A stretch of DNA of 30,598 bases from Candidatus Micrarchaeota archaeon. Lineage in GTDB: Archaea > Micrarchaeota > Micrarchaeia > Anstonellales > JAHKLY01. Below, in pieces: positions 18,212 to 28,323 of this stretch. Location of the stretch: positions 1 to 30,598 of the forward strand of contig JAHKLY010000004.1 in NCBI GenBank assembly GCA_020854825.1, read 5' to 3'. The notes under the pieces were generated by a model. The model worked only from the letters and a program-made list of their open reading frames with translations, was not told the DNA's origin and did no database searches. The position numbers and the translations under genes were made by a program. The first letter of the stretch is position 1, and each line of letters starts with the position of its first letter.

Positions 18212-18610
18212 ATGGAAAAATACGAATTTTTAGAACATACTGCAGATATTTTATTTAAGGCCTATGGCTCTTCTTTTGAAGAAGCATTATCAAACGCAGC
18301 TTTAGCATTATTTGAAACTGTTGGATTTTCTAAAACACATACTCATAAAATAGAAATAGAAGTTCAGGCAAAAAATAGAGAAGAATTAGTTGTACGATTT
18401 TTATCTGAAATTCTTACTGAAATGGATATTAATGAAATGACATTCAAAAAAATAAAAATATTAGAATTAGATGAAAACATTGTTAAAGCCAATATTTATG
18501 GGGATTCTACAAGACCAAAAACTTCAGTTAAAGCTGTTACATACCATTTATTAGAAGTTAAAAATCCTAAATTTGATAAATGGGCCATACAGGTTCTTCT
18601 TGATGTTTAA
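18212..18610 (+). CDS. Archease (RtcB tRNA-ligase cofactor)
   Basis: YEFLEHTAD, VKAVTYH and C-terminal LLDV are archease signatures. Confidence 0.95.
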   Translation: MEKYEFLEHTADILFKAYGSSFEEALSNAALALFETVGFSKTHTHKIEIEVQAKNREELVVRFLSEILTEMDINEMTFKKIKILELDENIVKANIYGDSTRPKTSVKAVTYHLLEVKNPKFDKWAIQVLLDV

Positions 18611-18642
18611 TAACAATATTTTTAAAGTTCTCTTTATTTAAT

Positions 18643-21600
18643 ATGTATATGAAGAAAATAATATTTATTGCGTTTTGTCTATTTATACTTTTAGGATGTA
18701 TAGAAACTGGTGAAATACCCAAATTACAAGAGTCTTTGACTTATGAACATATTGATTTAGTTGGAATGGTTGTTGGTGAAGAAAGCCAGGATTCTGTTTT
18801 CATATCTAATGATAAAAAAATAGCTAAAATTGAATTAACTCCAGATTTAGAAGAAACTAAAGGATTTCTTGGGATGTCATTAGATATAAAATCGACTAGA
18901 CCACTAAAACTAAATTCAATATATTCTAATGAAACACATAATAATATTGACTTAAATTCAGTAACAATAAACTCTTTTTTTGAAAAAAGAACTTCTAATA
19001 TTCTTACTATAAGTAATACACCCACATTTGAAAGTAAAAAAGTTAAACAAACAATAATTGTTGAAAATAAAGAAAACATCGAAAAAAATATTACTTTGTC
19101 CTTGACCTTTGACATTAATACAACTAACATAAATAGTTTAAATAAAGAAATATCTATTACTGCAGATAAACCAGTTGTTTTTAAAACAGACAATTATGAA
19201 TTGAATTTTGACTATTTAGAAGTTTCATCTCCTTCATTTTCATTTTCTTATTTCTCAGATAATGAGATGTATCATTTTGACTGGACAGATATGAAAGATA
19301 CAGAACACGCAGTTATTATAAAAACAGATGATGAACTTACATCACATATTGAAATTCAATCTATTATACATTTAAATCCTTTAGAAACAGTTGTTTTTGA
19401 TCCTTCATATTCAGAAAGAGATTTAGCATCTATGATAAGTATAACTTCCTTTTATGGGGTTTCAGATTTAACAGATATAAAAATTGGAGATATAAACGGA
19501 GATTATGTTGTAATGTCTAAAAATGCAATTTATTATATTAAGAATGACGGAAGTTTTGTCCAAAGCAGGAATGATATTAATAAAAAATATGCTGCTAAAT
19601 TTATTTTTCCTTCTGGAACAACATATGAATTTACAAGTATTGACATTGGTGATTACGATGGAGATGGAAAAGAAGATATTTTAACAACTATACATCCAAT
19701 TGGCGCATTTTTAATAAAAGGCAATAATATAGTTTCAGGTTTGAAATCTATAACTATTGATCCTTATAATCCTGGACCTCATTATTCTTTTGTTGCTCCT
19801 CTAGGAAGTTATTATATTTTTAATAACGCACATATTATAGATGGAAAAATTTGTTTTGGAGTTGGGAATTATCCACAAGGTGGAACTATCTACTCACATA
19901 ATGTTTTTTGTTATAATTCTCCATTTTCCAGCTCTGGAAGTTTTGATGATCTGAATGCATTAAAATTTAATGCAGATTATGATTTTTGGTATAGACAAAC
20001 ATATTCTGGAGGACCGGGGTGTCCTGGAGTTCCTTATTATTTTAATAGTAAATTGTATATTGGTGCACCATGTGTAAATGGAATTTCAATAATAGATTCT
20101 CCTTCAGGGACTTTAACTTATACTGAACCTACAAATATTGGTCCTTCGGGATTTGGATCAAAATTCACACATTTTGATAATTCTATATTTGTCTTAGCAA
20201 ATAATAGAATTTTAAAAACACAAGTTGGTGGTGCACAAGTTGATTTTATAAACAGACCTGGATTGATTAGTTTAGATTCTAATGGAAAATACGTATATGC
20301 AGGCGCATTAGGAGAAGTTTATATCGTAGATCCAGATACAGGAGAAATTATTTTAGAAATAAATGGAGACATTTCTGGACCTATTGCTGCAGGTTCATTA
20401 GGTATATTAACAGACGAAGGATTTGTAATTGTTGAAATAACAGAAGAAGATTTAGAAGAATGTTCTGTTCCTCCCATTTCTGGACCTTGGTTAATAGACA
20501 GAGATACAGTTATTTGTTCAGGAAATTGGAATGGAAGAGACACTGGTTCTGGATATATTCAAGTAACTGATGATTATATTACCATAACATGCGAAGATGA
20601 TACTATAATTAATGGAAATGGATATTATGGCACTGCTATTAAAATAAATGATAAGATTGGAATAACATTAGAAAATTGTAAATTTGAGGAATATGATAAT
20701 GGAGTAATTATTGAAAAAGGAACGGAAAATAGTATATTAAATAATCATTTTGATAAAATGCAGAATACTGCAATATATCTAAAAGAAGGAAAAACACATA
20801 ATATCATAGGTAATAAAATATCTGAAGGGGGAACTGGTATTAGGATACAAAATTCAAATAATAATATTCTATCTGACAATATTATTTATGAGAATACACA
20901 AACAGGCATAATTATAGGTGACGATGAGATGGCACCCGGAGGCTATGGAAACTCATTTTCAAATAATAAAATAATTAATAATCAAAATGGTTTGGTTTTA
21001 CATATTTGTAATAATCCAGGGGGTGTACCAAATACTTTTAATTCAGATATAATTTGCGATAATTCTTATGAAAATGTAATTATAGAAGATACGGGGTGTT
21101 GGAGTACATTAACAAATTCTGAAGTTACATGTGATTCATCAATAATTGGTTTTTGTGATATTCCTTGTAATGATGAATACACAGGATGTGTTAATTTAAA
21201 TGACCCTTCAACTTATGCTGGAAGAATAGAATTTAATTCAGACGCAAACAGATTTGATATTTTAGAAAGTATTACACTTTGTGAAAATGAATACATATTG
21301 AGTTCTAGATTATATTTTACTGCAAATAGCATTACGCTAGACTGTAATTCTTCATTATTAATAAGTGACATTCCTAAACAAGGAACAGGAATTTTTATTA
21401 ATGGCTATGATAATTCAATAATAAAAAATTGCCATATTAAAAATTTTGATACTGGAATAGGAACAAGTGGAACTGGAGGGGGGACGCTACTTAATTTACA
21501 AGTTTTAGATAATCAATTAGAATCAAATAATAGAGGGATAGATACACAAATTACTCGTAATATACTTATAAAAAATAATAAATTCTCAAATAATCAACTT

Positions 21601-24045
21601 ACTGGTTTAAGAGTATTAAATTCAGGTAGTGGGATAGGCGAATCTGAAATTAAAAATAATTTCATAACTGATTCAAATAATGGGATGGAATTAATTTGGC
21701 CTGGAAGTGCAATAGTAAAAGTTCATAACAATACAATTACTAATAATATAAATGGAATACACTTATCTTCAGCAGCTAATTATGATATTTATGATAATAC
21801 AATTGAAAGAAATACAAATGGTATATATTTATTATTTTTAATATCTGGTCAAAATAGTATTTATAAAAATACTATTATAAATAACCAATTTGGTATTTAC
21901 ACATCTAATATTATGCCTATTGTAAATCAATATATATACGACAATGACCTATGCTCAAATACTGGTGATTATGATATTTATCTAAGTTTAAATCCTATTG
22001 GTAGTATAGTAACAGACAATTACTGCGGAACTGGTAGAAAATATATTTCAGGTTCAATATCGGATTGTAGTAATTCATGCTTATTATTTGCTTCGGGTTG
22101 TGTAAACTTAAATGATCCAGGCACATTTAACCTAGATGGAGATTCAATACAAAATATTGAAATCTCTGGTGAAAATTATTTTGTAAATCAAGATGTAACC
22201 TTATGTAGAAGTACTTATGATATTTCGAGGGATATTGGATTAAGAATAAACGCCCCAAATATTATTCTAGATTGTAATGGGAGTATTTTAAATGGAGTAG
22301 GTGCATTAACTGCTATTTATAATGATGTTTTAAGTGGAACAAATGTAACTGTAAAAAATTGTATAATTCAAAACTTTGAAACTGTAGGTATAGATTTCGT
22401 TAATGGTGCGGATGAAGGAAAAATACTAAATAATACTTTAATAGACAATTCCGGAATAGGTATTGAAATAGCAGATTCTCAAAATTGTTTAGTTGAAGAT
22501 AATATTTTAATTAATAATTATGGAGGAATATGGTTAGATTATAACATTGATGGAACTCAAATAAATAATAATTATATGTGTGATAATACAGACTATGATA
22601 TTGTTTCTGCTGAACTTACAAGCGCAGGAGTAGATAATACATGTACTCTTATGCCTTCAGGGAGTGTTTGGAATGATACAGGCGCAACAGGATGTACCAA
22701 CAAATGCCCAAGCACTAGCGCAAATGTCTGCGCACATGTTGAAAGTTTATCAACACCTTTAGCACACGGCGCTACTTTTGATTTTAATGGAGAAACATAC
22801 ACAGCAATTGGAAACTGTACTACTTCTACATTACCATTTACTTGGATAGACGGAACAACAGGTGCGCCTAAAAAATATGTTATAACTGCCAACTTGTCAA
22901 GCGCAGAAACATGCTTGGAAATAGGCGCGAATAATATTGAGATTGAAGGGTGCAATTATAGAGTAAATGGGGAGGACAATTATGAAACTTGGCCAGCAGA
23001 ACTTGGATATGCATTAAGTATAAACAATAAACAAAATATATTAATTAAAAATATTGATCTGATTAATAAAAGTATATTCAAAGGTGAAACAAATGAAATT
23101 GGAATTAAAACTTCTAAAACAAGAGAATTTGAAGTTAATTGTTCAGGAAAAGTAATTTTTGAAGATTGTTTTATTGCTCCAGATGAACGTATTTATATTC
23201 TAAGAAATTCAAAAGTAGAATTTAGAAATAGTATAATTAATCCTGAAACAACAAGAGAATTAACTATTAGAGATAATTCACAAACAACATTTAACAATAC
23301 AAATATAGAAAATATACAAATTATTTATATACCAAAAAATACTATTCCAAATGTTTATGTTAATAACATAGACACAGAAGCAGACAGGGTAGAAAGTGCA
23401 AATATAACTTCAAATGATGATTCATATCAAGTTATTTTTAAAAATGTAGAACAAACAGGAATAAGACAGATATTTGAATCTTATTTAAGCAGAGATTCAC
23501 TTGATTCAGATGAAGAATATAACTTAAAAATATTAAATTCAAAATTATATTCACTTAGGCTCAGTAATAACACAAAAACAAAAATAGAAAATAGTTATTT
23601 GGGTTTTGAAGAATCAGATATCAGTTATCCCCCATTAGAGATAAGAACATCTGCTAGTAATTCAAAAACAATATTTGATAATTCGAATATAAGTTATTTT
23701 GTTGGTAGAACTATATCCCCCGAAGATCAATTCCATATTGGAGGAAATTTAACAATTCTAAATGAAGTAGATTGTTCTGTTGAAGAAGGAGATAGTAAGA
23801 TATTTATAAGACAGTATCCAGTTTTAATAACTGGTGCAGACGCAGGCAAATGCTTAAAAATAACTGCAAAATCAAAAAATCTTGGTGAATCAGATTTTAT
23901 TGATTATGAAATAATACGTACATCAAGTGAAGATAGTTTAGTAAACCTAATTTGTAAATATGTTAATGCTGATGGAACTGTTGAACCTTGTGATATTAAA
24001 ATAACAACAATTGATGATATTTATTGTGTTACTCCAACTAGCTAA
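18643..24045 (+). CDS. Large surface (lipo)protein with FG-GAP/beta-propeller-like region and several beta-helix (NosD/CASH) domains
   Basis: Lipobox-like LLGC after a hydrophobic signal; DIGDYDGDGKEDIL (FG-GAP-like); repeated ITLDCN / GI.I..S.NN.I..N motifs. Confidence 0.8.
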   Translation: MYMKKIIFIAFCLFILLGCIETGEIPKLQESLTYEHIDLVGMVVGEESQDSVFISNDKKIAKIELTPDLEETKGFLGMSLDIKSTRPLKLNSIYSNETHNNIDLNSVTINSFFEKRTSNILTISNTPTFESKKVKQTIIVENKENIEKNITLSLTFDINTTNINSLNKEISITADKPVVFKTDNYELNFDYLEVSSPSFSFSYFSDNEMYHFDWTDMKDTEHAVIIKTDDELTSHIEIQSIIHLNPLETVVFDPSYSERDLASMISITSFYGVSDLTDIKIGDINGDYVVMSKNAIYYIKNDGSFVQSRNDINKKYAAKFIFPSGTTYEFTSIDIGDYDGDGKEDILTTIHPIGAFLIKGNNIVSGLKSITIDPYNPGPHYSFVAPLGSYYIFNNAHIIDGKICFGVGNYPQGGTIYSHNVFCYNSPFSSSGSFDDLNALKFNADYDFWYRQTYSGGPGCPGVPYYFNSKLYIGAPCVNGISIIDSPSGTLTYTEPTNIGPSGFGSKFTHFDNSIFVLANNRILKTQVGGAQVDFINRPGLISLDSNGKYVYAGALGEVYIVDPDTGEIILEINGDISGPIAAGSLGILTDEGFVIVEITEEDLEECSVPPISGPWLIDRDTVICSGNWNGRDTGSGYIQVTDDYITITCEDDTIINGNGYYGTAIKINDKIGITLENCKFEEYDNGVIIEKGTENSILNNHFDKMQNTAIYLKEGKTHNIIGNKISEGGTGIRIQNSNNNILSDNIIYENTQTGIIIGDDEMAPGGYGNSFSNNKIINNQNGLVLHICNNPGGVPNTFNSDIICDNSYENVIIEDTGCWSTLTNSEVTCDSSIIGFCDIPCNDEYTGCVNLNDPSTYAGRIEFNSDANRFDILESITLCENEYILSSRLYFTANSITLDCNSSLLISDIPKQGTGIFINGYDNSIIKNCHIKNFDTGIGTSGTGGGTLLNLQVLDNQLESNNRGIDTQITRNILIKNNKFSNNQLTGLRVLNSGSGIGESEIKNNFITDSNNGMELIWPGSAIVKVHNNTITNNINGIHLSSAANYDIYDNTIERNTNGIYLLFLISGQNSIYKNTIINNQFGIYTSNIMPIVNQYIYDNDLCSNTGDYDIYLSLNPIGSIVTDNYCGTGRKYISGSISDCSNSCLLFASGCVNLNDPGTFNLDGDSIQNIEISGENYFVNQDVTLCRSTYDISRDIGLRINAPNIILDCNGSILNGVGALTAIYNDVLSGTNVTVKNCIIQNFETVGIDFVNGADEGKILNNTLIDNSGIGIEIADSQNCLVEDNILINNYGGIWLDYNIDGTQINNNYMCDNTDYDIVSAELTSAGVDNTCTLMPSGSVWNDTGATGCTNKCPSTSANVCAHVESLSTPLAHGATFDFNGETYTAIGNCTTSTLPFTWIDGTTGAPKKYVITANLSSAETCLEIGANNIEIEGCNYRVNGEDNYETWPAELGYALSINNKQNILIKNIDLINKSIFKGETNEIGIKTSKTREFEVNCSGKVIFEDCFIAPDERIYILRNSKVEFRNSIINPETTRELTIRDNSQTTFNNTNIENIQIIYIPKNTIPNVYVNNIDTEADRVESANITSNDDSYQVIFKNVEQTGIRQIFESYLSRDSLDSDEEYNLKILNSKLYSLRLSNNTKTKIENSYLGFEESDISYPPLEIRTSASNSKTIFDNSNISYFVGRTISPEDQFHIGGNLTILNEVDCSVEEGDSKIFIRQYPVLITGADAGKCLKITAKSKNLGESDFIDYEIIRTSSEDSLVNLICKYVNADGTVEPCDIKITTIDDIYCVTPTS

Positions 24046-24075
24046 TAAATAAAATAAAATTTAAAAAATAAAAAA

Positions 24076-25287
24076 TTATTTCATATAAGTTACTTTTGTT
24101 TTTCCAATTAATTCATCGGTATTTGAATCAAAAACAGAAATTAAATATATCCCTGTTGGATTTACATATTCTCTTAAATCTATACTTTGTCCTTGTGAAA
24201 ATCCATTTATTTCTTTTATTAATCTCCCATTATTATCATAAATTTTAACATCTGCATTTTCATATTTATTATCTAAAGCTAATGAAAAACTATTATTTGT
24301 TGGATTTGGATAAGGCCTTAAAGCGCCTTTAATTTCTTCTTTGTTTTGGTTTTCTGATATTCCTACAGAACTTACTAAGTCCCTGGTATAATTTAAGTTA
24401 ACATAAAATCTAAATCTAGACCCTGTAGGATTAACTCCTCCCCATGCAAAAGGAACATCTAAAATCAAAAAGTCATCATCAAAAGTCCTTGAAGGATTTT
24501 CTGGTGTGATATCAACCCAATAATACTCTGGAGGTCCTCTGCACCTAGGAAAAAATAATTCTCCTGTAATGGTGTCTTGATCATCCCATTTTACATTTGT
24601 TACTCTTAACCATTCAATAGAAGTTGAATCATTTATTGTGATTTCCATTGTTACGCCTCCTCCATGAGAAGTATTGATTGAATCCATTTCTGTTTCTATT
24701 TCAGATAAATTTTTATGTCGATATCTAAATAATATCTCATAAAATCCAGGGGTTCCTACTGGATTTACTGATGCAATTGTGTCTGCAAAAAATGAAGGGT
24801 AAGAACCTGTTGTATCTTCAAAAGCATATTGATCTATTAAAGTTCCTGAAGAATCTTGATAAGCAAAAGGAATATCTTCATAATAAGTAGTTTCTGGTGG
24901 TTCTTCCATTGAATAATAAATAAGTTTTACATTTGTTAATGAACATTCATAAGTATCTGCTTCTGCTGTTGCTGTTTCAAAAGGTCTTTCTCTTGATTTT
25001 GAATTTTCATCTTCCACAAGAGAGGGAATTTCATCCCTTGGTAATTCAGCTGCTTGCGCAGTTGGGATTGAAAATGCGATAATAATTGCTGTTGATACAT
25101 AAACAACTGCTTGTTTAAGATTAGTTGAAAATCTACAAAATATGCCTTTAGATTCTTCTATTTTCTTTGGTTCTGTTTTAGAAGGAATAGCGCCTAAATC
25201 TATTTCTGGTTTAGAAGCCTCTAAATTAAATGATCTTGTATCAGTAAGACTTTGGTATTTTGGTTCTGGCATAAATCCTTTTTGCAT
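24076..25287 (-). CDS. Secreted protein with C-terminal T9SS type-A sorting (Por secretion tail)-like domain
   Basis: C-terminus YPNPTNNSFSL...VKIYDNNGRLIK...IDL...GIYLISV...KVTYMK. A hydrophobic segment ending AQA lies after a ~60-aa polar leader. Confidence 0.8.
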   Translation of the reverse strand: MQKGFMPEPKYQSLTDTRSFNLEASKPEIDLGAIPSKTEPKKIEESKGIFCRFSTNLKQAVVYVSTAIIIAFSIPTAQAAELPRDEIPSLVEDENSKSRERPFETATAEADTYECSLTNVKLIYYSMEEPPETTYYEDIPFAYQDSSGTLIDQYAFEDTTGSYPSFFADTIASVNPVGTPGFYEILFRYRHKNLSEIETEMDSINTSHGGGVTMEITINDSTSIEWLRVTNVKWDDQDTITGELFFPRCRGPPEYYWVDITPENPSRTFDDDFLILDVPFAWGGVNPTGSRFRFYVNLNYTRDLVSSVGISENQNKEEIKGALRPYPNPTNNSFSLALDNKYENADVKIYDNNGRLIKEINGFSQGQSIDLREYVNPTGIYLISVFDSNTDELIGKTKVTYMK

Positions 25288-25308
25288 ATAATATTTATAA
25301 ACTTCTGG

Positions 25309-25327
25309 GTATTAAAATTTTTCGGTT
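25309..25327 (-). promoter_or_regulatory. BRE/TATA promoter AACCGAAAAATTTTAATAC (likely leaderless transcript)
   Basis: The TATA element is ~23 nt upstream of ATG 25287. An identical copy is at 26474-26492 and a near copy at 25921-25937. Confidence 0.7.
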
Positions 25328-25379
25328 AGTCAGTATTGTCAAAGTTCCGGTATTATTTGAAAGTTCTTAATTCTTTAGT

Positions 25380-25735
25380 TTATAAATTAAATATTATTTT
25401 TAATTTATTTTTAACTTCTTCTAGTTTTTCATCTTTTATTTTATCTATTTTTTTATTTATTAAGATACTATCTAAAGTTAAAATAAAATCAGTTTGAACA
25501 TAACTATCTTTAAGTAAAGATCTATTCTCAGTATCATCAATACATACAGGCACAAATAAGTTTTTTTCAGTATTCTTATAATGAGATGTAATTTTTAATA
25601 AAATAACATCTCTTGAACTTAAATTTTGGGAGTTTATAATAAGTGCAGGTCTTAATTTTGATCCGGAAATAGATGGAAAAGAAAGTTCAACAATAACTAT
25701 ATCTCCTGTTTAAAGTTTGAATAACTCTTCTGCAT
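25380..25735 (-). pseudogene. mazF: PemK/MazF-family toxin, frameshifted near its N-terminus
   Basis: 25709-25380 reads TGDIVIVELSFPSISGSKLRPALIINSQ..DVILLKITS...SYVQTDFILTLD...KIIFNL* with no start codon at its 5' end. ATG 25735 gives MQKSYSNFKQ in the adjacent frame. One added base gives MQKSYSNFKQGDIVIV. Confidence 0.8.
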
Positions 25736-25895
25736 TATCCCAGCCTTCCTTTTCTGCTTTTCTTAATGAAAGTAATTGTAATCCTTTAGAATTTACAATT
25801 TCTTCTAAAATATCTTCAATATCTAATTTATATTCTTGTACTTTTTTATAAATATTTGAATCAATACTTATTGACACAGTAGTCATAACTATCAC
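25710..25895 (-). CDS. Putative antitoxin (RHH-like); probable start ATG 25886
   Basis: MTTVSISIDSNIYKKV beta-alpha N-terminus and acidic Trp-containing tail (KEGWDNAEE), directly upstream of the MazF homolog. GGTGA Shine-Dalgarno before ATG 25886. Confidence 0.65.
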   Translation of the reverse strand: MIVMTTVSISIDSNIYKKVQEYKLDIEDILEEIVNSKGLQLLSLRKAEKEGWDNAEELFKL

Positions 25896-25920
25896 CTTAA
25901 CTTTATTTAACTATACAACC

Positions 25921-25937
25921 ATTAAAAGTTTTCGGTT
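25921..25937 (-). promoter_or_regulatory. BRE/TATA promoter of the TA operon
   Basis: AACCGAAAACTTTTAAT on the minus strand. Confidence 0.65.
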
Positions 25938-25994
25938 GTTTTAAAACTTAAATTTTCAATATTCTAGCTACAATTTAAAAAAGAAAAATAGGTT

Positions 25995-26444
25995 TTAATC
26001 TATTTTTAGTTCTACTTTTTTACATGCTCTTTCTAATGTGTCTCTTAATGATGAAGCTAATTCCTTTTGAGCTGTTTTTTCTAAATGTTCCAGTATGAGC
26101 CAAAATATCACTATTCCAAATAAACCAGAGATTATTGAAATATAATACCTTACAAACAAACAATACACCATACTCAAACAGATAAGACCAAAAACAACAT
26201 TTACTAACTCACTCCGTTTACTTTTGATAGATATATGTGCTTCTAAATCCTTATCTTCTTTTGAGAATGTATATCTCCCTTTTATTTTATGTAACGCTTC
26301 ATTACTATGTATCCTAATTTCATCATCAAATTTCTTTATTTCCTTGTCGAATGAATCTTTGTTTAATTCTTTGCCAATAACTTCAACTAATTTATCTATT
26401 TTTAATGCTCCATTTTTTATAAGATAAGTTTTTCTTATTTCCAT
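25995..26444 (-). CDS. Hypothetical membrane protein (two TM helices)
   Basis: 149-aa ORF with GGTGA Shine-Dalgarno, a promoter at 26474-26492 and two hydrophobic segments. Confidence 0.7.
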   Translation of the reverse strand: MEIRKTYLIKNGALKIDKLVEVIGKELNKDSFDKEIKKFDDEIRIHSNEALHKIKGRYTFSKEDKDLEAHISIKSKRSELVNVVFGLICLSMVYCLFVRYYISIISGLFGIVIFWLILEHLEKTAQKELASSLRDTLERACKKVELKID

Positions 26445-26473
26445 AATATCACCATATATATAATACTCTTCAA

Positions 26474-26492
26474 GTATTAAAATTTTTCGGTT
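26474..26492 (-). promoter_or_regulatory. BRE/TATA promoter identical to 25309-25327
   Basis: gtattaaaatttttcggtt. Confidence 0.7.
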
Positions 26493-26899
26493 ATTTTAAA
26501 AATAAAAAAATATCAAAATATACTAAAATACATACAAATATTGTAATTATAGATACTATATTCGTTCACTAGTCTATTGCCAGTACAACCAGCAACATTT
26601 ACTCTTTTATTGTGTATTATATTAGCACAAACAAATGTTATATTCTTAAAAAAGTGCATAAAAATCGTATAATAAAACATACGTTCATATACTATAGTAT
26701 ACGTTTTTACATCTAAAAAACCTCTTAAAAAAGCTTTTCGTCTGACATTAGTGTGATGAAAAGGTATATAAACATACCTTATTCATATATCAAAGTATAA
26801 TGCCCATTATACTTACAGGAATTATAGTCTTATTTAACCAATTTTCTTAAATATATAGAATAGAAAACCTTTTAAACCAAGAAAACACTAAAATATAAC

Positions 26900-27412
26900 A
26901 TGAAACACAAAGAAAATATTAAATATGGTTTCATTAGTTCTATTCAAAGATCTAAAACATTTAGAAATACAATCTTTTTCTTAACATTAGGAATATCTCC
27001 ATTACTTTCTAAATCTCTCCAATCACAATTATATAAAAGAGAAGATGTAACATATGAACCAGTAGAATACCAAAATGAATTATACTCTGCATATGAATTA
27101 AAAATACAAGGATTATTAGCAGTAGATTTTGAAAAAGCAGATTATGAAAAAACATTTGAAATTATAAAATTATTAATAAATACAGAATTAGGATTCGATC
27201 TATTAGAATTTTTATTTGAAAATAAAATACATGAAACAGATTCCCCACTAGTTCCAGAAATTTACTTACTTTTTGCACAAGAATGTGAAAAAAGAGAAAT
27301 TTATGAAAGTGCAGCAAGAGCTTATAAAATATTAACAACAACTTTTAAATTAGATTATGAAGAAAAATATAATGAATGTATGAATAAAGCAATAGAAAAA
27401 TTCATGAATTGA
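26900..27412 (+). CDS. Hypothetical protein with N-terminal anchor and helical (TPR-like) C-terminus
   Basis: 170-aa ORF; TTTTAAA ~24 nt upstream; helical acidic C-terminal half. Confidence 0.65.
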   Translation: MKHKENIKYGFISSIQRSKTFRNTIFFLTLGISPLLSKSLQSQLYKREDVTYEPVEYQNELYSAYELKIQGLLAVDFEKADYEKTFEIIKLLINTELGFDLLEFLFENKIHETDSPLVPEIYLLFAQECEKREIYESAARAYKILTTTFKLDYEEKYNECMNKAIEKFMN

Positions 27413-27422
27413 GGTTAAATAT

Positions 27423-28193
27423 ATGCCAAGACTAAACGAGGTAAATTTAGAAGCAGAAAGAAGAAGAACAGAAGGAGTAATCAATGCAGGAAGTATTACA
27501 GAAACAATTACAAATTTAAATAACATATTAAAAAAACTAAAAGATCCAAAAAATTTAGACATAGCAATAACATTATATACCTCAGAATTAGAAAAAATAG
27601 AAAAAAATAAAGAATATCTTGAAGAAACAAAAGAAGAACATAAAAACCTACTTAACAAAGAATTTGCAAAATATATAGATGAAATTATGAAAATAACTCA
27701 AACAACAAATGATACTACTTTTATTAAATTAGCTTGTGAATACGTAATGGAAGCATATATAGGAGGAGCTTTAACAAATAAAGAAAAAACTCTTGATTTA
27801 ATTGATACGTTAGAATCTAGATATAAAAAGAGATTTAATCCAAAAACATCAGATGAATATGATGAAAAAGGAGATACTTTAACAAACATAATTATATTCA
27901 AAGAAGAACAGCTTAATCAAACTTTTGAATATCAATTCGGATATATTGATTATGTATCAACAACTTATAAAATGGGAGCAAATATGAGTGAGGATTATGC
28001 TAATACCTTTCTTATGGATGCAAAAGCAATGTTTGTTCACTCTGCATGGGGAGGTTTTGTAGTTGCTGATGAATATGCAAAACCTTATGCAGACAAACAA
28101 AAAAGAGAATTATGGACTTATATTATAAATAGATTAGACTCTATGAATAAAACAGATAAAGTAAAAGAAGCAAAAAAAAGAATAAGTGCATAA
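27423..28193 (+). CDS. Hypothetical alpha-helical protein
   Basis: 256-aa ORF with GAGGT Shine-Dalgarno, 10 bp after the previous gene. Confidence 0.7.
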   Translation: MPRLNEVNLEAERRRTEGVINAGSITETITNLNNILKKLKDPKNLDIAITLYTSELEKIEKNKEYLEETKEEHKNLLNKEFAKYIDEIMKITQTTNDTTFIKLACEYVMEAYIGGALTNKEKTLDLIDTLESRYKKRFNPKTSDEYDEKGDTLTNIIIFKEEQLNQTFEYQFGYIDYVSTTYKMGANMSEDYANTFLMDAKAMFVHSAWGGFVVADEYAKPYADKQKRELWTYIINRLDSMNKTDKVKEAKKRISA

Positions 28194-28323
28194 ATACCCA
28201 ATCAACTTTTTTGAATTTATTATTTTCCAATACTTTTCTGAATATTATTTTTTCAAAAATAAATAATGTTACTATTGTTTTAATACAAATAAGTTTTTTA
28301 AAGACATAAAGAGAATATAAATT

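Noticed and set aside
25708-25714. TTTAAAC as a classic -1 slippery heptamer for MazF
   Set aside because: The phase is wrong: the ATG frame already reads TTT AAA, and slipping there would meet the TAA.
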